A stretch of DNA of 38,420 nt from Trichomonas gallinae (lineage: Eukaryota), in NCBI GenBank assembly GCA_008369845.1, contig MRSU01000311.1, positions 1-38,420 on the forward strand. Reading direction: 5' to 3'. Positions 1-9,484 of the stretch are shown here, piece by piece. Position 1 is the stretch's first letter. Each line of letters begins with the position of its first letter. Both the position numbers and the translations under genes were made by a program. The notes beneath the pieces were generated by a model that had not been told where the DNA came from, made no database searches, and saw only the letters and a program-made list of their open reading frames with translations.

Positions 1-273
1 CGTGTTACACCAAAGGATAAGGCCATCACACGTTTCGCCATCAAGAATATGGTCGAGGCTTCATCCGCTAAGGATGTTTCCGATGCTTGCGTCTACCAGG
101 GCTATGAGCTTCCAAAGACATACCAGAAGCAGTACTACTGCGTTTCTTGCGCTGTCCATCGCCACGTTGTCCGCCCACGTAACGTTAACGTTCGCCGCAA
201 CCGTGTCCCACTCTTCCTTAAGCTCAGACTTCAGAAGCAAGAACAGCGTGCCGCCCAGCGTAGACAGGAGTAA
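1..273 (+). CDS. RPS26: 40S ribosomal protein S26 (eS26), 5'-truncated by the window edge
   Basis: Frame 1 is open from base 1: RVTPKDKAITRFAIKNMVEASSAKDV...YELPKTYQKQYYCVSCAVHRHVVRPR, matching the eS26 motifs PKDKAI and YCVSCAxH. High-expression codon usage; stop is in a TAAA context. Confidence 0.96.
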   Translation, partial: RVTPKDKAITRFAIKNMVEASSAKDVSDACVYQGYELPKTYQKQYYCVSCAVHRHVVRPRNVNVRRNRVPLFLKLRLQKQEQRAAQRRQE

Positions 274-742
274 AACCATTTTCTAATCCTTAATTGACTA
301 CTTAAAATTAAAATATCGAATATACAATTCCACATTCAATTATTTGATCGTTTTCTACAAAGCATTCGAATTCAAAATTAATCTTTCACTTTTCATCAAC
401 CAATAAGATATTCTCTTAACGAAACTGAGTTTTAGCAAATGAATCTGATATTACCTGATTCAAAACGATACTGATGAATCAGACTTTTTATGCCTTTTTT
501 GATTTTTATATTTATATATTTTTTTTGATCCAATAAAACGGATCATTTAACATCACTCACAAATTTTGCTACAAAAATGTTAACAAATAACTTTGTATTT
601 TCTTCTAATTTAGATAATATTTTAATTTGATAAAAAAAAATTTAAAATGTTGTTGTTTTGAAATGATACTTTCCAATGCAAAGAGCAAAACAATCTAAAT
701 ATTACGAAATTTATTGAAAACAAATAATATCTATAAAAAAAA

Positions 743-1675
743 TTAATACATTTCATTTTCAGATTCATTATCTGACTCATCGCCGGAGTTTTGGCTAGGA
801 GCAGGATAATACTTAGCTTGCTCGAGCTTTTGGCTGACTTTACGAATATCATCCTCAGATATAAGCTCTGGATCGTCAAGAAGTGCTGGAATAGCCGCTA
901 AATCTATGTTTGGATTATCTTCAGGCATTGGAACTGCTCTTACCGTTGGAACTAATTTTACTTGAATTACCGAATTATCATCAGCTCTGTGTAATGCAGT
1001 ATTGAATGAAAGTGATGCTCTGTTATTAGCTCTACGCTGGTGTCTGTAGTCTCTGTCTCTTGTTCCTGATGAACTTTTAGATTCGCGGCCTGGTCTAAGT
1101 CCAACGACTGGTGAAACATCGATGAGGTCCGATACTGGTCTAAAACCAGATATTGTCTGAGGAGCAAATATTGGATTCGCTGTGATATATTCTGTAAATT
1201 TATCAGGGAAGCAGTGCATGCATCGTAAGCGTATTATTTGATGACGTATTTGGGCAGAGACTGTATTTATGAACTCAGCGGGTAGTGCTAGCTCTTCAAA
1301 AGTTAATCGTGCAAATTCATCTGGGTTCATTGTACGATCAAATATATCCCATTCGAATTGGTCACTGTATACAACAGAATCTGTAGATGCTTCAATCAAT
1401 AAAACGTGACTTGCAGATCCATTCTTCGCCCATTCTGTGCAAGGAACCATTTCTGTAAGCTTCTTATACTCCTGTAGTTGCGACTCTATAACGCTGAGCA
1501 CGGCAGCCTGAATTGGTTGAATTTTCAAATCGTGTGTTAATGTTTTGGCCATATCATCAGGATCAGCCTCGTTGAGCTTAACCTGCATGATCTCGAACAG
1601 CCTCTGGTCGTCGAAAATGATGTTAATAAAAAAAGGAACAATTTCGTCAGGAAGCAAAACCGGAGAAACTTCCAT
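743..1675 (-). CDS. SNF5/SMARCB1 (Sfh1-like) chromatin-remodelling subunit
   Basis: Two SNF5 repeats: EIVPFFINI...DPDDMAKTLTHDL and YSDQFEWDI...NPDEFARLTFEELALPAEFINTVSAQIRHQI. First ATG is at 1675; the ORF-track start at 1711 is TTG. Confidence 0.85.
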   Translation of the reverse strand: MEVSPVLLPDEIVPFFINIIFDDQRLFEIMQVKLNEADPDDMAKTLTHDLKIQPIQAAVLSVIESQLQEYKKLTEMVPCTEWAKNGSASHVLLIEASTDSVVYSDQFEWDIFDRTMNPDEFARLTFEELALPAEFINTVSAQIRHQIIRLRCMHCFPDKFTEYITANPIFAPQTISGFRPVSDLIDVSPVVGLRPGRESKSSSGTRDRDYRHQRRANNRASLSFNTALHRADDNSVIQVKLVPTVRAVPMPEDNPNIDLAAIPALLDDPELISEDDIRKVSQKLEQAKYYPAPSQNSGDESDNESENEMY

Positions 1676-1678
1676 TAT

Positions 1679-4240
1679 ATGGATTTTAGTGATTTTTATT
1701 CGCTGTTTCAAAGCTCAACGTCTGAAGATCAGAGGCTGAGAGAAGCCAGCGAGTCCAGGCTGTCCATAGTAGAAAGAGATGAGCCTGTAAATTACATACT
1801 TTATCTTATCCAAATATTAAATAATGATTCAACGCCGCCAAACTTGAAAATGCTCGCTTTAATTTACTTCAAGAACTACATTGTACCATCGAGCAATAGA
1901 AATATACAGATAATTAAGGAAACTTTTAATAGCTTCGATCCAATTATGATTAAAACAGATATATTGTCCATGTTATTATACTTCTCACAGACTGAAAATA
2001 ACTTTCGTTCACTTGCATCCATTACAACAGCTTTATACATTCGAATTGATAATCAAGCATTCGTGTCAATCCTCATTGATAGATTTAATGAAATGTGTGA
2101 ACAATTTTCGATGGATTTTTTCATAGTTTCTGGATTCTTTTCTATTTTGAATGAAATATTTATAAATTTCGATAAGAATGAGTTATTACGTTTCCAAAGA
2201 CTATACACATATAAAAATTTAGCCAGAACTTACATCTTTGTTACCACAGCATTAACAAATACGAATTTTAATGATGAAATGCGTGAAATTCTTCTCACTT
2301 GTATAAAAATGTTTTACAGTCGTATCAGATTTAATAATATGTATCCAGAATTTCCAGAAAATTTTGATCATATTAAATTCTTTTTGGAATCACTTTTTTC
2401 TGCTCTTCCTTACTGCAATGAGAATAATTTTGGCTTGATACATTCAATTCTAGCATTAATTACTGAAAAACACTATGATATTATTGATAAATATTTCGAA
2501 ACAATTTTCAAAATAGGAAATTTAAGTCTTGAGATGCCCACTCTCTCTTTTAAATGCATTGCCATAGATTTTTGGGCCGATATCGCGATTATCGAGAAAA
2601 AACAAATAATTTACCTGCAAAAATATCCGCATTTTAAATGCCAGAAGTTGATATTAAATTCATCACAAGAAATTGTGCCAAAACTCATAAATTGTTTCAT
2701 TATTCCTGATGAACCCACAGAAGAAGTATTTGACACCTGTAGAAAAGCTGTCAATACTCTGTCGTATGTAATTAATCTTATGCCAAATGAAATACTTTCT
2801 AATATTGAAGAAAATGTTAATTCTTGGATCAATAGTGAAAATTCACGAGATAATTATGCAGCATTAATGACCATCGAATCTATCACAAGATCAAAGCAAC
2901 CAGTAATCTTTAATGACTTAATTAAATCAATTATACAAAAAGTTTTGAATTTCTTCAATTCTAGCGATGAATTGATTAGAAAAACAAGCATCTTGTTGGT
3001 TTCCATGATTGTTGAAGAATTTCAAAATGTTTTTGAAAATGATAATTTCTTATCTTTGTCATTTGATTTTGCTAGTCAATGTTTATCAGTTTCAATGGAT
3101 TATACTGCATCATCGTTAGGTTTATTAGGTCCAGTTATTAAAACAGCAAATGAAACCTATTTGAATGCGCAATTTGAAGAATTATTCAACTTTCTCTTCT
3201 CAATAATGAACAATGAAACGTTAGCAAATGAAGTCCCCGTCCTTTATGAAGCCTTCACGGATTTTGATTATCTTATTTCTCGAAAATGCTTCATTTTCTT
3301 TAATTTGCACATTCAGGCATTAGAAGTCCTTATAACAGGCATTAATTCTATTTTATCAAGCATGCAAGAAAAACCTGAAGAAGGAATTCCAGAAAAAAAG
3401 CTTCAATTGATGTGTCTTTCAACACAAACAATATTAAGAAACACACCAAGGGAAATTATTAATTATGAGGCCTTAATCAACAACATTTTCGATATTTATC
3501 ATAATTATAATATTTCTCTAAGGTGTGATATATTTCTTGTTATTGAAGCCATTATTGAGAGTGATAATAAGAACGTTTTTGTTAAATATGTTGACGCATT
3601 CGTTTCTTTTGTCAATGATGCTTTGGATTCTCAAATTCCTGATCTTATCGGAGCAGCAACGCAAGCATTTGGAGCGTATTTATCTGTAATGAAGGATGAT
3701 GCACTCCAAAATGGAGCAACTTTCGAAAAAATACTGAATATTCTGAAAAACGATGCGACACCTGAATATCCGGAAGTTTATAGCAGAATGGTGTTGTGTG
3801 TCGGTAAGTTAATAGGTGCAATACGGCCAAAAATACCGCAGCTCGTTTTTTCAAGCATTACTGAATTTTTAACAGCATTTCTTCAATTTAAAGTGGAAGG
3901 AAGATATCGAGAGAACTACATTGAAGTTCTTCCATCGATGCTTTACACTCTCATTGAAGTATATAGGACAACACCAGCTCCAATTGAACCAAGTTTCATT
4001 TCTTGGACGAAAGAGATATTATTCAAGAAATTTGTACAATACTTGTGGGACTCGTCTGTATTCAATGATGAAATACTGATGTTACTGATGGAATTATTTG
4101 ATAAAATAATTTCTTGTCTCGGGGGTAATATTGGCGTATCATTCAAATTGCAGTTCGTTCAGAGTCTTTTCAGAGAAGCTTGTTCGTCGTTCGATGAAAA
4201 GCTAACACGCAAAGCTTCACTTGTTGAAGATAAAATATAA
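1679..4240 (+). CDS. Importin-beta/karyopherin-beta-like HEAT-repeat protein
   Basis: 853 aa, all-helical. N-terminal IBN_N-like segment (SEDQRLREASESRL...KMLALIYFKNYI) and an AIDFWADIAIIE motif resembling importin-beta1 'IEFWSxxxxxE'. Confidence 0.8.
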   Translation: MDFSDFYSLFQSSTSEDQRLREASESRLSIVERDEPVNYILYLIQILNNDSTPPNLKMLALIYFKNYIVPSSNRNIQIIKETFNSFDPIMIKTDILSMLLYFSQTENNFRSLASITTALYIRIDNQAFVSILIDRFNEMCEQFSMDFFIVSGFFSILNEIFINFDKNELLRFQRLYTYKNLARTYIFVTTALTNTNFNDEMREILLTCIKMFYSRIRFNNMYPEFPENFDHIKFFLESLFSALPYCNENNFGLIHSILALITEKHYDIIDKYFETIFKIGNLSLEMPTLSFKCIAIDFWADIAIIEKKQIIYLQKYPHFKCQKLILNSSQEIVPKLINCFIIPDEPTEEVFDTCRKAVNTLSYVINLMPNEILSNIEENVNSWINSENSRDNYAALMTIESITRSKQPVIFNDLIKSIIQKVLNFFNSSDELIRKTSILLVSMIVEEFQNVFENDNFLSLSFDFASQCLSVSMDYTASSLGLLGPVIKTANETYLNAQFEELFNFLFSIMNNETLANEVPVLYEAFTDFDYLISRKCFIFFNLHIQALEVLITGINSILSSMQEKPEEGIPEKKLQLMCLSTQTILRNTPREIINYEALINNIFDIYHNYNISLRCDIFLVIEAIIESDNKNVFVKYVDAFVSFVNDALDSQIPDLIGAATQAFGAYLSVMKDDALQNGATFEKILNILKNDATPEYPEVYSRMVLCVGKLIGAIRPKIPQLVFSSITEFLTAFLQFKVEGRYRENYIEVLPSMLYTLIEVYRTTPAPIEPSFISWTKEILFKKFVQYLWDSSVFNDEILMLLMELFDKIISCLGGNIGVSFKLQFVQSLFREACSSFDEKLTRKASLVEDKI
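1688..1692 (-). promoter_or_regulatory. Candidate Inr (TCACT) for the SNF5 gene, lying inside the importin-beta-like CDS
   Basis: Minus-strand TCACT about 13-17 nt upstream of ATG 1675, the usual trichomonad Inr position. Confidence 0.5.
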
Positions 4241-4294
4241 TTTTTTTGTTTGTATGTATATAAATCTCTAATTGTATATTTATTCAAAACATGT

Positions 4295-4939
4295 TTAAAC
4301 CTTATATTTCTTGCTCTTTGAGCCTTTCTTTTCACCTTTTCCAATGTGCCAAAAATCTTTTTCTGCGGATCCTTGTTTAATGGCTGCAGTAATGTAATGC
4401 ACTAAGTCACTGCCTTCTTTTGTAGAAAGAGAGCAGATCCAATTCTTTTCTTCTTTATCGAGGAATGAAATAATGTTGATAACTTCGAATTTTGGATCTT
4501 GTGATATGATAAAAATTCCTGTTTCGACATCAACTTCATCACGAAGCATCTTAAAGCCGATTTGCATAATATCTCTATTCATTGTAACTGGTTTTTCAGG
4601 GTATGGCTCAGCGAAATATGATGTCTTTTCGAATACATTCTTGAGAGATCTATCCCATTGTTCTTGAATTGCAGCTTCAAGTAAGATTGGAAAACGTTCT
4701 GCAAGTCTTGGTACTTTTTCACAGAGTTTTGCATTAGAAATTGAGTGTATGAAGAAATATAAGCTCTTATTTGGTGGATAGAACTTATTTGCTACTTTCC
4801 AATTTCTAAAATCATCTCCTCTATTCTTTAAATTCGCGATTTCTTGCTCTAAAACTTTCTTATCGGTGCTGTTGAGTTTCATTTTATCTGGTTTATTTCT
4901 CACTTTGTCTTCAAAAGCTGCCAATTCAGCTCTCAACAT
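4295..4939 (-). CDS. Hypothetical protein, 214 aa
   Basis: Long ATG-initiated ORF in AT-rich DNA with protein-like composition and a Lys-rich C-terminus. No family recognised. Confidence 0.75.
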   Translation of the reverse strand: MLRAELAAFEDKVRNKPDKMKLNSTDKKVLEQEIANLKNRGDDFRNWKVANKFYPPNKSLYFFIHSISNAKLCEKVPRLAERFPILLEAAIQEQWDRSLKNVFEKTSYFAEPYPEKPVTMNRDIMQIGFKMLRDEVDVETGIFIISQDPKFEVINIISFLDKEEKNWICSLSTKEGSDLVHYITAAIKQGSAEKDFWHIGKGEKKGSKSKKYKV

Positions 4940-5684
4940 TGCCGAAAAAAATTATGTCTCAAAATTTTTGAAAAAATAAAAGTATTTACAATTTTTTACA
5001 TTTTTCACTTGATTTCTTCCTATTTCCCAATTTCTAACTTTACCAAACATTTCATAAATACACCTAACATCCATAGCACTGTTCATTGTCATCAAAATTT
5101 TAATATATTTGATTTTTTTTTCTTTTTTCTACGACATCATATAGTTTTAATGATGATAATATACTTGAATTATGCTATTTAGTAATATTTATGAATATCA
5201 AAGCTTAGTATGATTTACGCAAAGCACTACAGGAAACTACAGCTTTCTAGTGCACGAAACCTTTTAACAGTTTGACGCAGCAACCACTTATGTCGATGAA
5301 TACGGTGAGAGTGATATAGGGCTCAGGCGAGATGTTTTCCTTAAATTATCAAGCGAAAGTGTTTTGCATTTAGTTGCATCAATTTTGAGTGGAGATTGAT
5401 TTTATTCCAGTTGCAGAAAGAGGTCAGCAACAAGTTGAGAATCAAAAATTATGTATTATAACAATGCTCAAAAAGTAACACTATCCTAGTGTTCTTGCTC
5501 CTTCAAAATGGTGTTGTTTTTCGAAAAAAATATAGTAGCATCTTTTTGAGATGATTACTATTACCAAATTTTTCAATTGAACGTACTATTTTATTGTTTC
5601 ATGTTCCTTTCTCCACAGCATGTCACTGCTAACTGAGAATTATCTTCCAGCTACCAGGCAACACTTCTTCCTTCAGCAAAGCAT

Positions 5685-5813
5685 ATGAAACTGCTAAAAA
5701 AAACCACAATTACATTAGAAAATCTAAAAGGCACGGAAAGAATAATTCTTCCCATAGATTTACATTAATTACATCCCCTAGAAGCATGCAATGCAATTAA
5801 ACTTCTTCTATAA
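5685..5813 (+). pseudogene. Possible Smr-domain gene remnant
   Basis: Translates as ...LPIDLH*LHPLEACNAIKLLL*, resembling the Smr 'IDLHGLxxxEA' motif with a stop at the Gly position. Confidence 0.25.
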
Positions 5814-5933
5814 ACATTTTTTCTTTTGATAATTTTTAACTTTTGTTTCATTAAAATATATCATTTTTTTTATGAAAAACACACAATTTTGAATGAGCAA
5901 GAATATATATATATAATGCTGTATGATTATTAA

Positions 5934-6842
5934 TCAATTGTATATAGTTTTATAGTCCTTTTGATTAAAGACAGTATCACGATTGTTAACAGTAGATCCA
6001 CCGAATCTAATGACAATTTCATTAGCTTCAGAGCCAGTAAATGAACACGAATTAAGATTGACAACTATATCGACAGAATCTATAGAAATTGAGTTTGGTT
6101 TTCCTTCATACATGTTAGATATGAATGTGCATTTGTTGAAATTCACTTCCTGTTTAACGTGGAAGCAGCAATAAGCACCTCCTCTTGAAATAGCTCGATT
6201 TTTCACAAACAAGCATTCATTGACATTACGAACGCACGGAGGATAGCTGAAATCGAAGAAAGCTCCACAAGCCAAAGCGGAGTTATTCGAAAATACCAAA
6301 TTAGCTAATGTTCCTCCATTTCTGTCTAATCTCATTGCGCCAGTCCATTGGACTGCTGTATTATCTGTAAAGTTCGTTGATCGAACAAATGCGTCGTTCT
6401 TTTCTGTAGCAGAATCAAGATAAAGAGCTCCTGTATATTTCGCTGTATTTAATTGGAATTTTGATTGATCTATATCAATTCTATCGCATCTGAATGCCGA
6501 AATAGCGCCTCCTGTTTCAGCATTGTTACTTTCGAAATTCGAACTGTAAATAATGGTCGAAATCGACTCTGCACTAACAGCACCACCTCTTGTGCCTTGG
6601 CATTTGAGGAATTGGCAAGAAATGATCGATAATGTGCCCGATTTAACTACTTTTGTTTCGGATATGACTTGTTTGTTTAATTCTAGCTGCGATAAAGATA
6701 TCGGAGACTTAAGTATATTCGAAAACCTAGATTTCTCAACATTTATATTTAAATTTGGAGAAAAACTCGAAATTATATTATGCGAATATTTGTTAATTGA
6801 GCTTTGTGCGAAGCTAAAACGCATTGTCTGTGAGTTTAACAT
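5934..6842 (-). CDS. Pmp-like (chlamydial polymorphic membrane protein-type) beta-helix repeat protein, no C-terminal TM
   Basis: Repeated FxxN...GGA(I/V/Y)-type motifs: RGGAV, FESNNAETGGAI, FQLNTAKYTGAL, FTDNTAVQWTGAM, FVKNRAISRGGAY. First ATG at 6842; the frame stays open to TTG 6938, so the start is uncertain. Confidence 0.8.
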   Translation of the reverse strand: MLNSQTMRFSFAQSSINKYSHNIISSFSPNLNINVEKSRFSNILKSPISLSQLELNKQVISETKVVKSGTLSIISCQFLKCQGTRGGAVSAESISTIIYSSNFESNNAETGGAISAFRCDRIDIDQSKFQLNTAKYTGALYLDSATEKNDAFVRSTNFTDNTAVQWTGAMRLDRNGGTLANLVFSNNSALACGAFFDFSYPPCVRNVNECLFVKNRAISRGGAYCCFHVKQEVNFNKCTFISNMYEGKPNSISIDSVDIVVNLNSCSFTGSEANEIVIRFGGSTVNNRDTVFNQKDYKTIYN

Positions 6843-6926
6843 GAATAATGGACTCTGGCTGTGAGCCGAGTATAATGAAAGTCTAAGTATAGATGTGTTT
6901 ATTTGAAAAATTGTGACACAAAAAAC

Positions 6927-7057
6927 TTTACACGTCAAATCTTTTCAATATTTTTGACAATTAATATTTTACATGCCAAAAATCTCAAAATGCCGACAAT
7001 TTACAATTTACATGTCAAATTATTTAATTTTATATGTCAAATATTTTACATGTCATA
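6927..7057. promoter_or_regulatory. Cluster of five TTTAYAYGYCA motifs upstream of the Pmp-like gene
   Basis: Copies at 6927, 6968, 7007, 7029 and 7045. Confidence 0.5.
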
Positions 7058-7188
7058 AATTTTTCTTTTTTTGAATTTGTGCTAAGGTTGTTTCCAATAT
7101 ATTCTTGTCATGAAGAAAAGAATATCATTAGTTTATTTTTGAAAAATATTGAGGTAAGCGAATAAGATTATTTAAAATACAAACAATT

Positions 7189-7887
7189 TTAATTAGTGTT
7201 AATAGTTGTAAGGGGCAGATTTGATGATTCAGTGTCACTGAAGCTTTCTGAGTCTTCATCTTCATCCGATTGGCAACAGCAGTTGATGCCAAACCAATAC
7301 TGTCCAACGATGGATGTTCTTGTGATTTTCGGATAGCACTCCGTCAAACCAAGGATCATGAATACAAGAGCAGGAATTCCGATGATTGTTGAAACAAGAA
7401 TATAAATTGAGCGGATAAGCATATCAAAACGGCCGATTAACGCTCCACACATGAATGCTAATGCGATAAGAAGCGGAACTGAGGACCAATAAACAAACAA
7501 AAATCCTTCATTATGGGTAGCAAGCTGGTTTTGAGTTAAACATTCAAGTTCTACTATTGTATCGTTTCTCACACCCATTTCTTCAAGTGTGCTGTCTTCG
7601 TAAAGAATGTTATTGTATTTTAGTAAAAATTGATGCTGTCTAACTTCTCTCGGAAGAATTTTGTTGATTTCACGAATGAGTTGACGCGCTGTTTTGTTGA
7701 TTGGCTGGTCTGTGAGAAGTCTCTGACCAACGGCGTAAGTTCCTGCTTTATAGGGATTCGGAATAGAGTACGAAATAACGAATCTACGCTTAGTGGCTGA
7801 ATACTGGCTGAGCGTGAATTCATGTGGAGGGGGCAAAGTTATGCTTTTAATAACGGCAGGATCATACTGAATTTCCGGATCCAACAT
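7189..7887 (-). CDS. Ubiquitin-like-domain membrane protein with two TM helices
   Basis: UBL-like segment (QFLLKYNNILYEDSTLEEMGVRNDTIVEL), two hydrophobic helices, a CCC cluster and an acidic tail. Confidence 0.7.
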   Translation of the reverse strand: MLDPEIQYDPAVIKSITLPPPHEFTLSQYSATKRRFVISYSIPNPYKAGTYAVGQRLLTDQPINKTARQLIREINKILPREVRQHQFLLKYNNILYEDSTLEEMGVRNDTIVELECLTQNQLATHNEGFLFVYWSSVPLLIALAFMCGALIGRFDMLIRSIYILVSTIIGIPALVFMILGLTECYPKITRTSIVGQYWFGINCCCQSDEDEDSESFSDTESSNLPLTTINTN

Positions 7888-7889
7888 TT

Positions 7890-7897
7890 GTCACTTT
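7890..7897 (-). promoter_or_regulatory. AAAGTGAC (trichomonad M2-type) core-promoter motif
   Basis: Minus strand reads aaAAAGTGACaaATG directly before ATG 7887. Confidence 0.55.
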
Positions 7898-8457
7898 TTA
7901 TAACTTTTTTTTCTAATTTGATGGAGATTTTATTGATAGTGAAGCCTTAGCAATTTAAAATCCATTTACACATGGCTAAACTCATCTATTTGCACCACTA
8001 CCACCATGGAAAAACATAATTTTGGAAAATATTCGATCGAAATTTGCACTCAAAATATATATTTAGCATCAAATTTTATTGCATCTCTTATATATAGTTA
8101 AAATAAAGCTTCTACTACTCTTACACATTGCAAAAACTAAATGAAAAATTATTGAATCAATATATAAAAAGCATCTTACAATTTAAGTATTTAAAATATC
8201 GTCTCCATATGTGACTTATCGTTAAATTATTTACTGTTTTTAATATACTACGAATTTTTTTGAAGATTAAATATTTTTTGTATTTAGATGTAAATAGAAT
8301 AATATCGATGACCTTTTGTTGTGTTTCATGGAATATGATGCGTTTTAGTTGAGAATCCCGATGTTGAGAAAGACAAATAAATCTTTTTGTAAAAGCCAAT
8401 ATTTTAAAGGTATTTATTTCTAAATATACAACAGAAAGAATATTCATACATATTATT

Positions 8458-9213
8458 TTACTCCTTCTCTTCTGCTGTCTTCTTAATTGTCTCTTCGTAT
8501 CTCTTCATTAAAGTATCGACTTCAGCTGTTGTTAAAATGCGAACCTTTGGGCCGTACTCCTCACGGAACTGAAGGACTGCGAACTCAAGCTTGTCGGCTG
8601 ATAAACTAGTTGAATCGAGTGTCTTGCAAAGGACTTTGACAGTAAGATCCATAGCTTCTGTAGCTGACATGTTGTCTTTGTACTGTGATTTGAGAATGGA
8701 TTGAGCTGTTTGGTTGTTCTCACCGATAGCTGTTGCCTTCCAGCCACCGAAGTTTCCTGATGGGTCAGTGAGGTAGAGCTGACAGCCCTTGTGAGCATCG
8801 TAGCCTGCGATCAAGAAGGAAACACCGTATGGACGAAGACCACCATACTGAGTGTAGCTGTGCTTTTCATCGCAAACCAATCTGACGAGCATCTCGACCG
8901 GGATCTGCTCATCGTAGCGCCTTAAGTGCGTCTGGGCAGCTGTACGCATCATATCAATTAATGTATTTGCATCAGCTGTTAAACCAGCGAGGGCTGTGAC
9001 GATGTGAGAGTCGATCTTAGCCATTTTCTCTGGGAAGAGGTAATCAACGAGCCTGCCTGTGTTCTTCTTTTCTGCAGCCAAGACGACGCCGTTTGAAAAC
9101 TGGACGCCGATGGCTGTGCCTGCCTGGTTGATGGACTGGATGGCGTATTCTACTTGAAGAATACGGCCATCGCTGGAGAATGTTGTGGTACCTGAGTCAT
9201 AGCGATATGTCAT
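8458..9213 (-). CDS. PSMA4: 20S proteasome subunit alpha3 (PSMA4/Pre9 type)
   Basis: N-terminal RYDSGTTTFSSDGRILQVEYA, plus YTQYGGLRPYGVSFL and DPSGNFGGWKATAIG motifs. High-expression codon usage. Confidence 0.95.
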   Translation of the reverse strand: MTYRYDSGTTTFSSDGRILQVEYAIQSINQAGTAIGVQFSNGVVLAAEKKNTGRLVDYLFPEKMAKIDSHIVTALAGLTADANTLIDMMRTAAQTHLRRYDEQIPVEMLVRLVCDEKHSYTQYGGLRPYGVSFLIAGYDAHKGCQLYLTDPSGNFGGWKATAIGENNQTAQSILKSQYKDNMSATEAMDLTVKVLCKTLDSTSLSADKLEFAVLQFREEYGPKVRILTTAEVDTLMKRYEETIKKTAEEKE

Positions 9214-9250
9214 CTCGCGTAATAATCCGAACAGACTCTTTCAATTTTGG

Positions 9251-9474
9251 TATACGTGGCAAATAAACCGGCTTTTGTATAATTTACATAGCAAAATAAT
9301 ACTTTACATAACATTTTCACATTTACATGACATTTGCAAATTGGTCAATTTACACAACAAAAAATATTCTTTTTTTGACAATTTTACATTACAAAATTAC
9401 ATTTTACACGACATTATTTCAGTTTACATGACATTTTTAAAATTTACATTACAGATTTAGATTATTACGTGGCA
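9251..9474. promoter_or_regulatory. Phased array of about 10 TTTACRYKRCA-type motifs in a divergent promoter
   Basis: Copies at 9251, 9283, 9303, 9322, 9349, 9383, 9403, 9423, 9443 and 9464, mostly 19-21 bp apart. Confidence 0.6.
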
Positions 9475-9484
9475 TATTTCTAAA

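Noticed and set aside
2..286. 94-aa frame-2 ORF and the antisense 61-279 ORF
   Set aside because: Shadows of RPS26 in frame 1.
1676..1711. N-terminal extension of SNF5 from TTG 1711 overlapping the importin CDS
   Set aside because: Non-ATG start, upstream of the candidate Inr at 1688-1692; ATG 1675 is more parsimonious.
8157..8447. 96-aa minus-strand ORF downstream of PSMA4
   Set aside because: Very AT-rich with I/K/F/Y-biased composition and no motif; it begins within the expected PSMA4 3' UTR.
9264..9274. AAACCGGCTT as the M3 Myb-recognition core-promoter element
   Set aside because: It does not fit the consensus I recall (DRCSGYTD) on either strand.
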